The notes under the pieces were generated by a model, which searched no databases, was not told the origin of the DNA, and saw nothing but the letters and a program-made list of their open reading frames with translations. This document shows positions 12,161 through 25,398 of a DNA stretch of 64,000 nucleotides, piece after piece; position 1 is the first letter of the stretch; each line of letters opens with the position of its first letter. The translations under genes and the position numbers were made by a program. Origin of the DNA: Vicugna vicugna (taxonomy: Eukaryota); NCBI GenBank assembly GCA_013265495.1, contig MU061579.1, positions 1 to 64,000 of the forward strand. The letters are read 5' to 3'.

Positions 12161-14019
12161 TAACATTATTATGGCATCTTTTTTTTCACTCTGTCTCAAG
12201 ATGTTTGTTTGGAAGATTGAAACTGTGGATAGTCCTATTCATGGAGAATATCTCACATCTTTTTTTAATGAGAAAGAATGAGGCATACTTCCATCATCAC
12301 ATCAAGATGGACTGTTTGAGTGGTGGAATATGATTGCCAACAAAGAAAGCGTACAAATAAACAAATATATCCTTACAGAAAAAAATAAGTCCAGAGAATC
12401 AAATGTTCAGTGCTGCAGTTGTTACATTCCTTTCATTTATCATTTCAAGCTGCATTATTTTGATGGCTTTTCAGCTGTGAGACTACTGGTGCTGATGGAG
12501 AGATAATGAAATACTGAAAGCCTCAGACAACAGAAATGTCTCAAACTGGTAATGGGCATCCTCCTTCAGTTTATTATCTCCAGCTGTGCTGTTTGACTGT
12601 TTTTGTGAAGAGATGCCACACGAGGTGAATATTGAATTGAAAATAAAGGATCTGATGTCAGAAGCAACCAGATCCACCTAAAACTTGTATTATGAGATAG
12701 GCAAGTTGCGAAAATTGCCCTCACATGCCACCTTGAAACACAGCTCCGTGTCCATCAAGTAAAATGTGACCAGTGTAAGTTTCTTTCTGTGGAGGTGTGT
12801 CAACCTCAACGTTCACAATGGCACTTAATAATAAACTTACTGATTATATACCCAGACAGTATTCTGAGTAATATCCCAGAATAATCAAGGTATCAGAGTG
12901 TGACTGAATATTTTCTTATATCAGGATCTCTGGATAGAATAAAATTTAAATAATTTCATTTAGAGTAAGATTGAGAATGTTTGCTACCTTATTCTATACC
13001 GTTCTCTTTAGCTTGATTCTTACATTCTGATGTCATGGGCCATTTTAATTACATGCAAACAATGAAAACTGAAAAGAAAGAAGTAAGTTAAACAACCAAA
13101 AGTACAATAAAGTAACTGAACAAAAAGAGCAAGTATTCAACTTTTCTTGACCTCTCAGAGAGCTGAAGTTGCAGGACAACCAACTGGCTCAAGGTCTAAG
13201 GTGAGCAGGGAGCTGGCAGGGAGAGACAAGACATGAGCCCTGGCTTACCTGGGCAAAACACAGCGGCACACTGGTGAGAAGAGTTCATCCACGGTCATTG
13301 ACAACTGTTGGGAGGTTGGCCAAGTATATGCTACGGACAGAGAGTCCTAATGAGAGCTCCCTGATGATGAGCAGCAACCAATGCAGGAAGGATTTAAAAC
13401 TCCACTGGGACCCTCCTCTCCTTAACCTGTGAGAGGAAGGGCTATAAACACTGCCTCTCTCAAGGCACTAGGAGAAGGGAACACTACAAAAAAGTAATAA
13501 CTCAAACCAACTCTCTACTCCTGGGACAGAGTCATGAACACATGCTGGGCTCAGACCTAAACGTGATGGAAAGGGTTGAGAGCTTCAAGACCACACCTCT
13601 GAAACCCAGTGACTTAGTGCTCACCTACAACTAAGAATTAATCAGAGTAACCAACCCTGTCCTCCCTTGCACACATATACACACACTTCACATCTGGTCC
13701 CCTACCAGGCTATATAGAATTGAGCCAACAGTAACTAGCAAAATAGAATCCTTCTCTGAAGTTTAGCTCAAAGGGAAAACCTAAAGCTGAGGATAGATCA
13801 GAAATAGAATGCACCTACATACACATATTTACACAATTGAAAAATAAAAATTAAAGCAAAAATTTACACACCAGCCACTCCTCTCTCCCTCAAAAAAGAA
13901 AAATGTTGAATATAAAGAACATTCTTTAGATGAATATACTACCGTTTAGAAACTTGTACCTACATAAAGAAATGAGAACAAAGTTAATGGAATAAATGAA
14001 AGTAAAATTAAATTACTTT

Positions 14020-14637
14020 TGTCTTAGTTTTCTTTTGTTGCATAACAAATTACCACAGATTGTGCAGCTTAAAATCTCACATACTTATTATCTTGCAGTT
14101 CTGTAGGTCGGAAACCTGAGCTCTCTGCTCGAGATCTTCCAAGGCCAGCCGTGAGATCTCATCGGAGGCTCAGGATCCCCTTCCAGACTCACCCATTATT
14201 GCCAGAATTCAATTTCTTGCAGTTAAAACATTTAAGTCCCTGTTTTCTTGCTAGTTATCAGCCGGGATCTGCCCTCAGCTGTCAGAGGCCAATGTCAGAC
14301 TCCCATCAGTGGTCCCTCAACATGTGGATCACAGCATGGCTGTTGCTGCTCCAGCCCAGTAGGAGGCTCTCTCTGAAACTTCCCACTGAAATCTTCCAGT
14401 ACTTAGTCATTAGGTTAGGTTCACCCGGAATAATCTGTCTTTTGATTAATTTAAAGTCATATGATTAGGAAGCTTGTTTACATCTGAAAAATATTTTCTA
14501 TCATATAATATAACATAATCTTGGGAGTGATCTCTTTCTATACGCAGGTCTTCCATAACTTGAGGTGTGGATTATAGAGTGTATGTACACCAAGGGCCTG
14601 GTTTCTTGGAGGTCATTTTAGAATTCTGTCCACCAGA
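14020..14637 (-). mobile_element. MaLR LTR (MLT1E-like) inserted in the old L1
   Basis: 'tgtcttagttttc...gcataacaaattaccac...ttagaattctgtccaccaga'; degenerate 5-bp TSD acttt/atttt. Confidence 0.85.
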
Positions 14638-16736
14638 ATTTTTATTCTGTTTTTAATTATTCTAAAAGATGACTGATTATCTAAAGCAAAAATGGTAGTA
14701 ATACATTGTGTGTTTATAGCATGTGGAAAACAAAGGTGAATCACAATAGCAGTGAGGACTGGAAAAGAGGAAGAGAGTTTTCACAAGTTTCTTACATTAT
14801 ACATGAAATAGCATAGTATTTTCTGAATATAACTATGGACACTGAAAACTCTTGGGAACAACTATAAAGTTAAAAAACAAAAATAAGTATAAATCAAAAA
14901 AAATAGAATAAATGAACTGGAATGATAAAATAATGCTCAATTAACTCAAGAAGGCAGTAAAAAATAATCCAAAGCAGATGAGAAAAAAAAATCTAGCAAC
15001 TTCGTCAATTTTAATTTTTGAATATGAATAATTATATGTAATACTTAAAAAATACCAGTTAAAAGACAAATTGTAAAGTTTGTTGAAAATGTAAGACATG
15101 ACTATAGGCTGTCTTCTTTAAAGGCAAAAAGGTGAAAGTTTAAGGATGTTGAAAGATATACCATGTGAACAGTAACCAAACTAAAGCTGGAGGTATATAT
15201 TAAAAAATAAGGCAAAGTAGACTTCAGAATAAAGATTATCACCAGGGGTTAAAAAAGACATTACACAATGAGAAAACATTTTGTTTTTTTTTTTATTCCA
15301 AGACACAGCATTCTAAATGTATGGTATCTAAGAATATTTCTTCAGATTATATATAGGGAAACTGACAAAACTTAAGGAAGAAATAAGGAAATCTAGAAGT
15401 TTAGCTAAAGATTTTAGCATTTCTCTTTCAGTAATTGCTAAAGAGATAGTTAATAAATCAGTGAACGTACAGATGACCTGAATAGTACTGTGAACCACCT
15501 GGACCTAGTTTGTGTAAACTTTTCTACTCCAGAATAGTAGAATATACATTCTTCTTAAGAGCATATAGAAAATTAACAAAGATAGACAATCTACTACATA
15601 ATAAAATGCATACTAACAAATTAAAAAATACAAATCAAACAAAAATTATTCTTGTGTCATAACAACCAAACTGGAAGTTAGTAACTGAAAGATATCTGGA
15701 AAAATCCTTAAGTATTTGTAAGTTTAAAAATGTAAATAACCTATGAATCAAAGAAGAGGTCTCAAGACAAAATTTAAAAATATTTTGAACTTAATGAAAT
15801 TGAAGGACAGCATATCAAAATTTGTGAGATCAATAAATACTTACAATTTAAAGGAAAAAAAGAGTTTAAATTAGTAATTTAGACCCATCCTATGAAACTA
15901 AAGAAGGTGAAATAATGGGAGCAGCACAGTGAAAGAAAGAATAAAGAGCAGAAGACAATGATACAGAGGATAGAAAAACAATTAAGAAAATAAATTAACT
16001 AAAATTTAGTTACTTTAAAAACAGTATCAATAAAATCAATAAACTTATTGAATCTGGTCAGAATGAAGAAGAGGAAAAAAACACTAAACAGTATCAGAAA
16101 TGAGAAACCTTACTACAGACTCTACATAGGATTAAATAATAAGTGAATGCTATAAACAATTTTATGCCCATTACTTGGAAGAACTAGACCACTTCTCTGA
16201 AGTTCACAAGCTACTAAAATCAAGGTTAAAAAAGAAGAAAATTCTTACGTATACTTAAAAAACTGAACTTGCAGTTGGAATCTTCCAACAAAGAAAACCT
16301 CAAGCTGGAATGTTTTCACTGCCAAAAATTTAAAGAAAAAAATGCTATACATTTTACACAAATTCTTCCAGAAAATAGAAGAGGAGGAAATACTTTCCAC
16401 ATCATTTTATGAGGCTAGCATTTACACCAGCAATGAAAGGCTGGTTCAGTGTTTGAAGATCAATCAATGCATCATAGTAACAAGTTAAAGACGGAAACTC
16501 ATTTGTTCATTTCAAGAGATAAAGAATAAGCATTAGAGAAAATATCCACTTATAATAACAATTTTCAGCAAATTAGTAATAGAAGGAACTTCATAATCTG
16601 ATAAAAAGTATCTTTTAAATGCTTAAGTCTAACATTAGTTTTAATAATGAAAAACTGAATGTTTTTTTCCTGAAGATCAGTAACATGTCAAGTAAGTCTT
16701 TTTCACTACTATGCATCATCATATTGAAAATCCTAG

Positions 16737-17692
16737 TGTTGCATTAGCTGCTTCTTCAGACTTTTGGTGAGAGAGTGATTTCTACCCTAAAGTTAGCAAG
16801 ATAACAGGATACCAGACACTGGACAGATCAAATGAACTCTTTCGTTTATTAGTGTTATAAATTACAGCCCAGAAACAGGAGGACACTGTACATCTTGCAC
16901 GGCCACGCAGGGGCTGCACTTGGGAGCTAAGTAATTAAACAGAGATTGTAAGAGGCAGATTTTGTATCAAGAGGATAGAGTCACACTGATTTCTTTGGAA
17001 GAATGTGATTGTTCTGCGTGAATAATTCTACAGGCTGGCAGGGAACCTGGAACACATTACTCAAGGATAATTGGGCACTATGCCTGGTCCCCAGGATGCA
17101 GAGTGTGGTTTGGCTAGGGGGCCTTATCCACAGCAAAAGAGGCAGAGGGAAATTTGTGGTCAGGTTATTTGAGGATCTCTCAATTTTATCAGATGTTATG
17201 GATTGAATTGTGTCCCCACCCCCCAAAAAATATATTGACATCCTAGCCACAGTATGTCAGAATGTGAACTTACTTGGGAATAGAGTCATTTTGATGTAAT
17301 AGGTTAAAATTAACCCTTAATCCAGGATGGCTGGTGTCTTAATAAAAAGAGGAGAAAGTACACACAGAGAAATCTAAGGGGAAGACAGTCATTTGACAGT
17401 GGAGACAGAGACTGGAGTGATTCCTCTATAAGCCAAAGAATGCCAAGGATTTCCAACAAACACCAGAAACTAGAATAGGCGGCAAACTTCTTCCCTATAA
17501 ATTTCACAGGGAACGCGGCTGTGCCAACACATCGATTTTAGATGTATAGCCTCCAGAGGTATGAGATAGTAAATATTTGTTATTTTAAGCCAACCCGGTG
17601 GTAAGTACTTTTTATGGCAGCCTTAGGAACTGATACATCAAATATCAAGGCAGCACAGAATGCTGAATCTTGAATTCAGACCTCACACCACA
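16737..17692 (-). mobile_element. ERVL LTR (MER54/MER74-like) inserted in L1 ORF2, itself split by MLT1C
   Basis: TG...CA termini, TSD cctag/catag; removal restores L1 'aaatcctag|ccagtgcagta'. Confidence 0.8.
17194..17637 (+). mobile_element. MaLR LTR (MLT1C-like), complete
   Basis: 'tgttatggattgaattgtgtcccc...gccaaagaatgccaagga...gcagccttaggaactgataca'; TSD tcaga/tcaaa. Confidence 0.9.
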
Positions 17693-17877
17693 CATAGCCA
17701 GTGCAGTATATCAAGGATAAAAAATATAGTACACATTGGAAAAAAATGCATACAATTGTCTCTATTGACAGATGACATTATTTTCTATTTGGAAAAAATG
17801 AAAGAATATACAAAAAATGTCTCCAAAACTAACAAGTTTGTAGGAGACAAAGGCAAATGTATAAAAATCAACTTTCT

Positions 17878-20665
17878 TATTAAAATTCCAGTGGCATTTT
17901 TTACAGAAATAGAAAAATCAACTATAAAGTTCATATGGAACTACAAAAGAGCCTGAATAGCTGAAGCAATCTTGAGCAGGAAGAAAAAGGCTGAAGGCAT
18001 CACATTTCCTGTTTTCAAATTATATTACAAAAGTTTAGTAATCAAAACAAAATGGTATGGGCATAAAAACAGATACATAAACCAATGTGATAGAATAGAG
18101 AGCCCAGAAATAAACCTATGCGTATGCAGTCAACTAGCCTTCAACAGTGGCGCCAAGAACACACAATGGAGAAAGGACAGTCTCTTCGATAATTGGTGTT
18201 AGTAAATCTGGATATACACATACAAAGGATTTTGTGTATGATGGATATTGGATCCTTATGTTACATCATACACAAAAATCAACTTAAAATGGATTAAAGG
18301 AGTCTGTGTAAGACCTGAAACCCTAAAAATCCTAGAAAAAAACTTAAGGAAAGAGCTTCTTGACATTGGTTTTACTAATTTTTGAATTTTATACCAAAAG
18401 TACGGGCAACAAAAGCACAAATAAATAGAAATGCTTTTAAATTTAAGTAGGTACCATTTGTTTATTTTTTATTTTATTTGTTTTGCCTTAGGAGATAGAT
18501 GCAAAAAAAGTATTGCTGTGGTTTATGTCAAAGAGTGTTCTGCCTTTGTTCTCTTCTAGGAGTTGTATTGTTTCAGGTCTTTTTAGGTCTTTAACCCATT
18601 TGAGTTGATTTTTGTACAAGGTGTAGGGAAATGTTCTACTCTCAATTCTTTTACATGTAACTTTCCAGTTTTCCCAGCACCATTTATTGAAGACACTCTC
18701 TTTTTTCTGTTGTATATTCTTGCCTTCTTCATCATAGATTAATTGACCATAGTGCATGAGTTTATTTCTGGGCTGTCCGTTCATTCCAGCAATTCCAGTC
18801 CTGGTTATCTATCTGAAAAAAATGAAGACACTGATTTGAAAAGTTGCATGCACCCCAGTATTTATAGCAGCATTACTTACAATAGCCAATATGTGACAGC
18901 AACCTAAGCGTTTGCCAACAGATGAATGGAGAAAGAGGAATTGAGATATATATATCTCAGTCTCTCTCTATATATATTATGTATTACATACATATATATG
19001 TAATATTCTATTATATATATATATAATGGTCAAATTCATGAAAAATAGTGGAATTCTGCCGTTTGCAACAATGTGGATGAACCTGGAGAGTACTATATTT
19101 AGTGAAGTAAGTCAGACAAAGAAAAGTACTCTATGTTGTCACTTATATGTGGAACCTAAAATATAAAACAAACAAACATGTATAACAAAACAGAACCACA
19201 GATATAGAAAACAAACTAGTGGTTATCAGTGGGCAGAATGGAGGGAGAGGGGCAGGAGAGGGGTGGGGCTTAAGAGATACAAACTACTATGTATAAAATA
19301 CATGAGCCATATATATTGTACAACACAGGGAAATATCACTGTTATTGTGTAATAACTTTAAGTAGGGTATGATCTCTACAAATATTTGAATCACCATGTT
19401 GTACACCTGAAACTAATGTAGTATTGTAAATCAACTATACTCCAATAAAAAGAGTGGGACTACATCAGATGGAAAAGTTTCTGCACAGCAAAAGAAACAG
19501 CCAACACAATGAAAAGGCAAACTGTGGAATGGAGAAAATATTTGCAAACCATATATCTGATAAAGTGATTACTTTCTAAAATATAAGGAACTCATACAAC
19601 TCAATAGCAAAAAATAAATAAATAAAAGTAATACAATTTAAAAATGGGAAAAGGACCTGAATAGACATTTTCCAAAGAATGCGTACAAATTTTCAGCAAT
19701 TACATGAAAAGATCTTCAATATCACTAATCAGTTGGGGAATCGAAATAAACACATAATGAGACATCACCTCATATCTGTTAATACTACCATGGCTGTTAC
19801 AAAAAGGTCAAAAAAATAATAAGTATTGGCAAGTTTGTGAAGAAAATGAAACCCTTATATGCTATTGTTAAGAATGTAAATTGATACAGCCTTTATACAG
19901 AACAGTATTGAGGTTCCTCAAAATATTAAAAATAAAACTACCATATCATCCAAAAATCCCCCTTCTGGGTATATGTCCAAAGGATTTAAAAGGACTATCT
20001 TGAAGAGCGATCTGCACTCCTATGTTCACTGTAATGTTATTCACAATACTTGAAATATGAAAACAACTGAAGTATCTATTGACGGATGAATAGATAAAGA
20101 AAATGTAATATATACATATTATATATGTACAATTATATACAATATACAAGTATAATATATATAAAATGAAATATTATTCAGTCAAGAAAAGAGGAAATCC
20201 TGCCATTTGCAACATTATGGATGAACCTGAAGGAAATTAGACTAAGTGAAATAAGCCAGACACCGAAAGACAAATACTCCATAATCTTTCTTTTATATGA
20301 AATCTAAAGAAGTCAAACACATAACAGCAGAGAGCAGAATAATGGTTACCAGGGTCTGGGGGTGTGGAGGAAATGAAATGTTAGTTAAAAGGTATAAGCT
20401 TTCAGGTATAAGGTGAATAATGTATGGCATGGTCACTATAAAATAATAATGTGTATTTGAAATTTTCTAAGATATTAGATCTCCAGTTTTCACACTACAC
20501 ACACATACAGACACAGAGGTAACTAGATGAGGTGATGGAAATGTTAATTAGCTTGATTGTGGTAATAATTTCACAATGCATACATATATCAAAACATGTT
20601 GCACTCCTTAAATATATACAGTTTCTATTTGTCAATCATGTGAAGCTGGAAAAATAACGTTAAAA
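17878..20665 (+). mobile_element. L1MA9-like LINE-1 (ORF2 3' part plus 3' UTR) inserted in the old L1
   Basis: ORF2 peptides 'KIPVAFFTEIEKSTIKFIWNYKR' and '[24 protein letters not shown]'; 3' UTR 'gaggtgatggaaatgttaattagcttgattgtggtaat'; degenerate TSD ataaaaatcaact/ataaaaataagtc. Confidence 0.85.
18428..19451 (+). mobile_element. Younger L1 with 5' inversion (antisense ~18428-18783, sense ~18784-19451) inserted in the L1MA9-like copy
   Basis: Antisense ORF2 peptide 'SVFNKWCWENWKVTCKR' (ORF 18488..18784 -) joined to sense 'ccagcaattccagtcctgg' and a 3' UTR ending 'aatcaactatactccaataaaaa'; host resumes 'gagtgggactacatc'. Confidence 0.85.
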
Positions 20666-22155
20666 TAAAAATAAGTCGTATTTCTATATACTAAAAATTA
20701 AAGTTAAGAACTTTTAAATGTAACTAAAAATAAAATACTTAGCTGTGAATACACTCAAATATATTCAGGATTTTTATCTGTATATTGAAAATTACAAAGC
20801 ATTTTTGAGATAAATCAATGAAGACCTAAATAAATGGAGAAATATACTGTGTCCTTGGATTAGAAGATTCAGTAGTATTAAGAAGTCAGTCTCCCCTAGT
20901 TAATCTATAAATTTAATGCAATCCCAGTAAAAATCCCAGCAAGACTTTTTGTAGATACTGACAAGATGATTATAAAATTTGTATGAAAAAGGCAAAGGAA
21001 CTAGAATAGACCAAAAAACCCTTAAATAAAAATAAAATATATTCTTACTATCTAATATCAAGACTTACTATAAATCTACAGTAACTGAGGTGCTTTGGAA
21101 TTTTTACTAGTGTAGATAGAAAGATCAATGAAATGTGATAGAGTCCTCGGAAACAGACCCATTCATATAAGGTTACTTATAAAGAGGCAATCCCAAATAT
21201 AACTAGAAGTTGAACAGGGCAATGGAATAGCCAGTTGGGAAGAAAACAGAACCCGGCTAACACAGTGAGTGGTAAGACTCTCCCTACCTATGGCTTTTCA
21301 GTGTGCGTGAGAATTAGTCCGACTGTGCAGTTCCTCGGTACTCGGCGAATGGGAAGTATCTCCTTTAAACCCTCCAAAAACATTACTTGAACAAGAGTCC
21401 TGAGGTTTCCTAAATCAGCCTCATGCCATTGGAAATTCTCTGAAATGACTGATATATTTGTTCACTGCAGTCATTTGAGAGAAGTATGGGAGATTTTCCG
21501 AGGGCTTTCAAGTCATGTCGACATAAATTCTTTTTCTGTGCGAGGTTTCTGCCTAGCTTTTCTAAGACCCATATTTAATTAGGGGGGAAAAAAGCTTCTT
21601 TGGCTTGCTACTGATACCCTTACCAATATTTATAGCTACGCCTGCCTTTTTTCTTTATAAGTGTTCCTTACCCAGGGTTGTTTTATGAAAGTGGGAGGTG
21701 AAAAGAGGGGGACATGTTTTAGTTCTTTTTTCTATGAAGGGGCTTAATAGCCACGTTTTCCTTTTTATATCCCCCACATTAGAAGATGTTTTACCTCACA
21801 TGTGTCTGGGATGTTGTGACTTCATTTTCAATATATCCAACAATTCCACGTTAGTGTGTCTTCCTCCACTAAAACTTTTTGTCTCAATGGGCAATTTTAT
21901 CTTTCTAATGGTGTGTATTCTCTTCTCTGTGTTAGAGGTATTTGTATATACAAATCATGATTCCCTATTGGATTAAAGATTCCTTAGTTGTAACTGTCCA
22001 TATTCCATCCCACAGAGCACCATATATGATGCCTTGAATATTACTATAGGTCAGATGTTTTTTTATTGAAAGTAATGAAAGAAATGTACTAGATATAAGT
22101 TTCTTCTTAATAAAAATCCTTGAACAAAGAGGGTGTAGCTTTTTTCCTTCTTATT

Positions 22156-23008
22156 TTGGCAATAGTTGCTATAATCTTCTACCCCTTGTTCTTACAGGCC
22201 CTCCCACCAAGAAGTAGCTATATTTTATACCCCTTGAATCTGAGCTAATCTCGTGATGTGCTTTAAACTTAAATACAAAACAGAGACAAACTCACAGACA
22301 TAAAAAACAAACTGATGGTTACCAGAGGGGAAAGGGAGTAGGGAGAGATAAATTGGAGTTTGAGATTTACAGATACTAACTATTGTATATGTATATATAA
22401 AATAGGCAAACAACAAGGTCCTACTGTATAGCATAGGGAATTATATTCAATACCTTGTAATGGCCTATAATGAAAAAGAATATTAAAAGGAATGTGTATA
22501 TATATATATGTGTGTGTGTGTGTGTATATGTATGTATATATAAATGACTATGCTGTACACTAGAAATTAACACAGCATTGTAAATCAACTATACTTTAAT
22601 TAAAAAAAGAACCATTATACCTCTTTAGAGACACCAAACAAATGCAGTCGAAGTTACAGTGTTGCAGTTCCTAGACCATAAGAGGACTTGTGCTCTTCCA
22701 CTTTCTCTTGGAACCCGTCCACTGCCTTATGAACATACTCTAGCTAGCCTGCTGGAGGGAAAGTTACCACGTGCATCAGGAAACGCCAAGCCAGCTGCAG
22801 CAATCCTGAACCAGTTAGCATATACCAGCTTCCTGGCTGACTGTAGTTTCATGAAGGCAATCAGCTGAGATCAGCCAAGCCCAGGCGAGATAACCAGACC
22901 TTCCCAAATGGCTAACTGACACGGAGCAGACACAAACACTGTTGTATGCCCCCGAGGTTTGGTGGTGGGTTTTATATAACATTATTGTGCTAATAGATAA
23001 GAAATACA
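22156..23008 (+). mobile_element. MaLR LTR (MLT1G-like), interrupted by an L1 3' end
   Basis: 'cctcccaccaagaag...ccccttgaatctgagct...tgcttt' resumes as 'aaatgcagtcgaagttacag...ctagcctgctggag...aatagataagaaataca'. Confidence 0.75.
22272..22608 (+). mobile_element. Artiodactyl/camelid L1 3' end with internal (TA)n(TG)n
   Basis: 'aacaaggtcctactgtatagcatagggaattatattcaatacc...tgtaaatcaactatactttaattaaaaaaa'. Confidence 0.9.
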
Positions 23009-24296
23009 GATAACAGAAGCTGTTACTAATTTTAAGTTAAATACTATATTTCGTATTATACCCACTAATTGGTGGCTTTGATAGCTGATCTCCTTCTCAA
23101 ACACTCTTCTTATTGTAATTCCCCAGTTGATGAATCTCTACCATATACTAGAACTCTCATTGTGCCTTATCAAAATGGAAAGTAAATATTTAAAAAATTC
23201 TCACTCAAAGATTTAAGTTTTGGCACTAAAGTTTGCAGGTAATTCATTCAATTGTCAGAATCTTTCTTTTTCTTTTTCTTTTTTTTAACTCTATTTTCTC
23301 CAGAATTCTTAGCTAAATTGTACATCCCATGTGCTTTTAGCTCTCTGTGGACTAAAAGATGATGATGGCACAAATGTAAACTTCTTTACACAAAGGTCAT
23401 ACCAAAAGTCATTGTAATTGACTAGGTGGCATCTGCTGGCTCAGTGGTACAAGATTGCTTTCATTCATACCCTGCAGGTTTATGTCACCAGCTTTCCCAG
23501 CAAGGTACTTCACGGGCTGACCTCCTGTCTGAAAATTCATTTGAAATTCTTCACCTGACTACAGCCTGTCAAATGGAGTCAGATAACTCTAGCCTAGTTT
23601 TAAAAAGAATAAAAAATCAGACAGAGATGAGGACACAGGGAAATAGCTCCGAAGGAACATTCAGAATGTATTGCTCATTGTGCACTTAGAAGAAACTACA
23701 TTCGTTTGGAGAGCCAGTGCTATTAGGTCGATGTACAATATTGAAATTGATTTAATAAAGTAAATGACAAGTTTGCCTTCTGTCCTTTCCCTGTATGGCT
23801 GTCAAGATTCAGATAGTGCTATTTCACCTTGTTTTGTCAAGTATCCAGATGATTTAGCAAGATTAGATCACTAATGACCCCAGCCCTAGAACAATGAGAG
23901 AGTATTCTTCACTGCTCCATCTTACAGAACTGATATGTGTTTAAAGTGTAACAGCCTTGAATAGCAGAGGTACAGAGGCCTGAGCATTGTTATAATTTGA
24001 AGATGGGCTGGCATTGTACCAACATTTTATAGTTCCCAATTTTTTTTTTCCCCAGTGCTGTGATCTTCCATGGTTCACACAGAAGTCTGAGGAGATGGGT
24101 GGTCAGGGAATAAGATGAGGGACCTAAGAGTATGTAGTTAAATGTGTTGCATGGCTCCCCTCCCCACACCCACGTCCCCTGAGCATTAGTGGGCTGCGTG
24201 AGCCACCTGGAGACGGAGATAAAATGGAACTAGTCTATCAAGACTTGAAGCTGTCTTCTAGGCATTTAAGTTTTATTAAGAATCTAGTATGCACCA

Positions 24297-24465
24297 AGAG
24301 GGGAGGGTATAGCGCAAGTGGTAGAGTGCATGCTTAGCATGCACAAGGTCCTGGGTTCCAATCCCCAGTACCTCCTCTAAAATTAAATCAATCAATCAAT
24401 AAAACTAATGAGTTCCCCCTGCCAAAAAAAAAATTAAAAAATAAAAAAAGCAGGATATCTATGAC
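24297..24465 (+). mobile_element. Vic-1-type tRNA-derived SINE (camelid)
   Basis: 'ggggagggtatagcgcaagtggtagagtgcatgcttagcatgcacaaggtcctgggttccaatccccagtacctcc', A/B boxes, A tail, 14-bp TSD tctagtatgcacca at 24283-24296 and 24466-24479. Confidence 0.9.
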
Positions 24466-25398
24466 TCTAGTATGCACCAGATAACATACTGAACACTTTC
24501 ATATTCCATCTTGACAATGACTCTGCAAATTTGATACTATTATCAGTATATGAGATGAATCAACAGATTTAATGCAAACTTTTTAAACAAATTAAATGCT
24601 AAGCAATAGATTAATAGTTTAATAAATTTACTTTGCCTATTTAACTCTTGAAGATATTGAGGGCACAAAACAGTTAATAATTTGGTTAAGGTTAAATTAG
24701 TTTTCCCTTGTTTTATATAGTCTGGCCAAACTCTTTAAGTTACAAACTATCTCCCCTTGGAGTTAGATTGCCTCTAAAAAGGGCCTCTAATGTGTAGTGA
24801 CTGAGATGTGGTGTGTGTTGTCATGTAGCCCATTCTGCATAATCACCTGATGCCTATTTTCAGTTGGAATTGACAAAAAAAAAAAACTTGTTTGTATTTG
24901 ATACATCAGAATTTTTACCTTTGGAGGAAGCAAGCACCCTGGCCATGGCTCTGTGACTAAAGATGTCTACTGGGTGTCTTTAGCAGAGGCACTAGACGCT
25001 TAGATCCTCTAGTGTCTAGTAGCTAGATGGTCTAGATACTGGAGAACACAGTGCCACAGGTCATCTCTAAATTCCCAATCCCGCTTCACTCTGATGTGAT
25101 GTCCAATAGTCAACACCTTCCAGTTTCTCTCTCTCTGATTCCTGCCTGAATTCATCTACATTTGTTCCCATTCTGAAGTTTAATATATTGGTGTTTCAAC
25201 ATATGTCTGAACTTTTTACTACAGTAAATTTTTTCATTCTTGGAATACCCTTCCAGCCCTTCAGGCAGCACAAAGCCTTCCTCAGGTGCATTCTCTGCAC
25301 TCTTGATAGTGATTTCTCACACTTTGATGGCATCTAGCTATATGCTACCTGGTGCCAGTTTTTATTTTGTACCTGATTCCTGTCAGCATGTAGATTCT

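Larger units (their letters stand above)
13050..21200 (+). mobile_element. Old L1 (L1MC/L1MD-like), 5' region through ORF2, fragmented by nested insertions
   Basis: 5'-UTR-like segment 13050-13800; ORF2 endonuclease-region remnants about 15050-15850; RT remnant 'LLTDDIIFYLEK' near 17765; host sequence resumes collinearly across each insertion. Confidence 0.8.

Noticed and set aside
17660..18784. ORFs with reverse-transcriptase-like peptides as possible genes
   Set aside because: Short, interrupted L1 ORF2 fragments from three different nested elements.
24300..24375. tRNA-Ala-like gene (also at the five other copies)
   Set aside because: Each has a SINE body, A tail and TSD and lacks a proper acceptor stem; these are SINEs, not tRNA genes.
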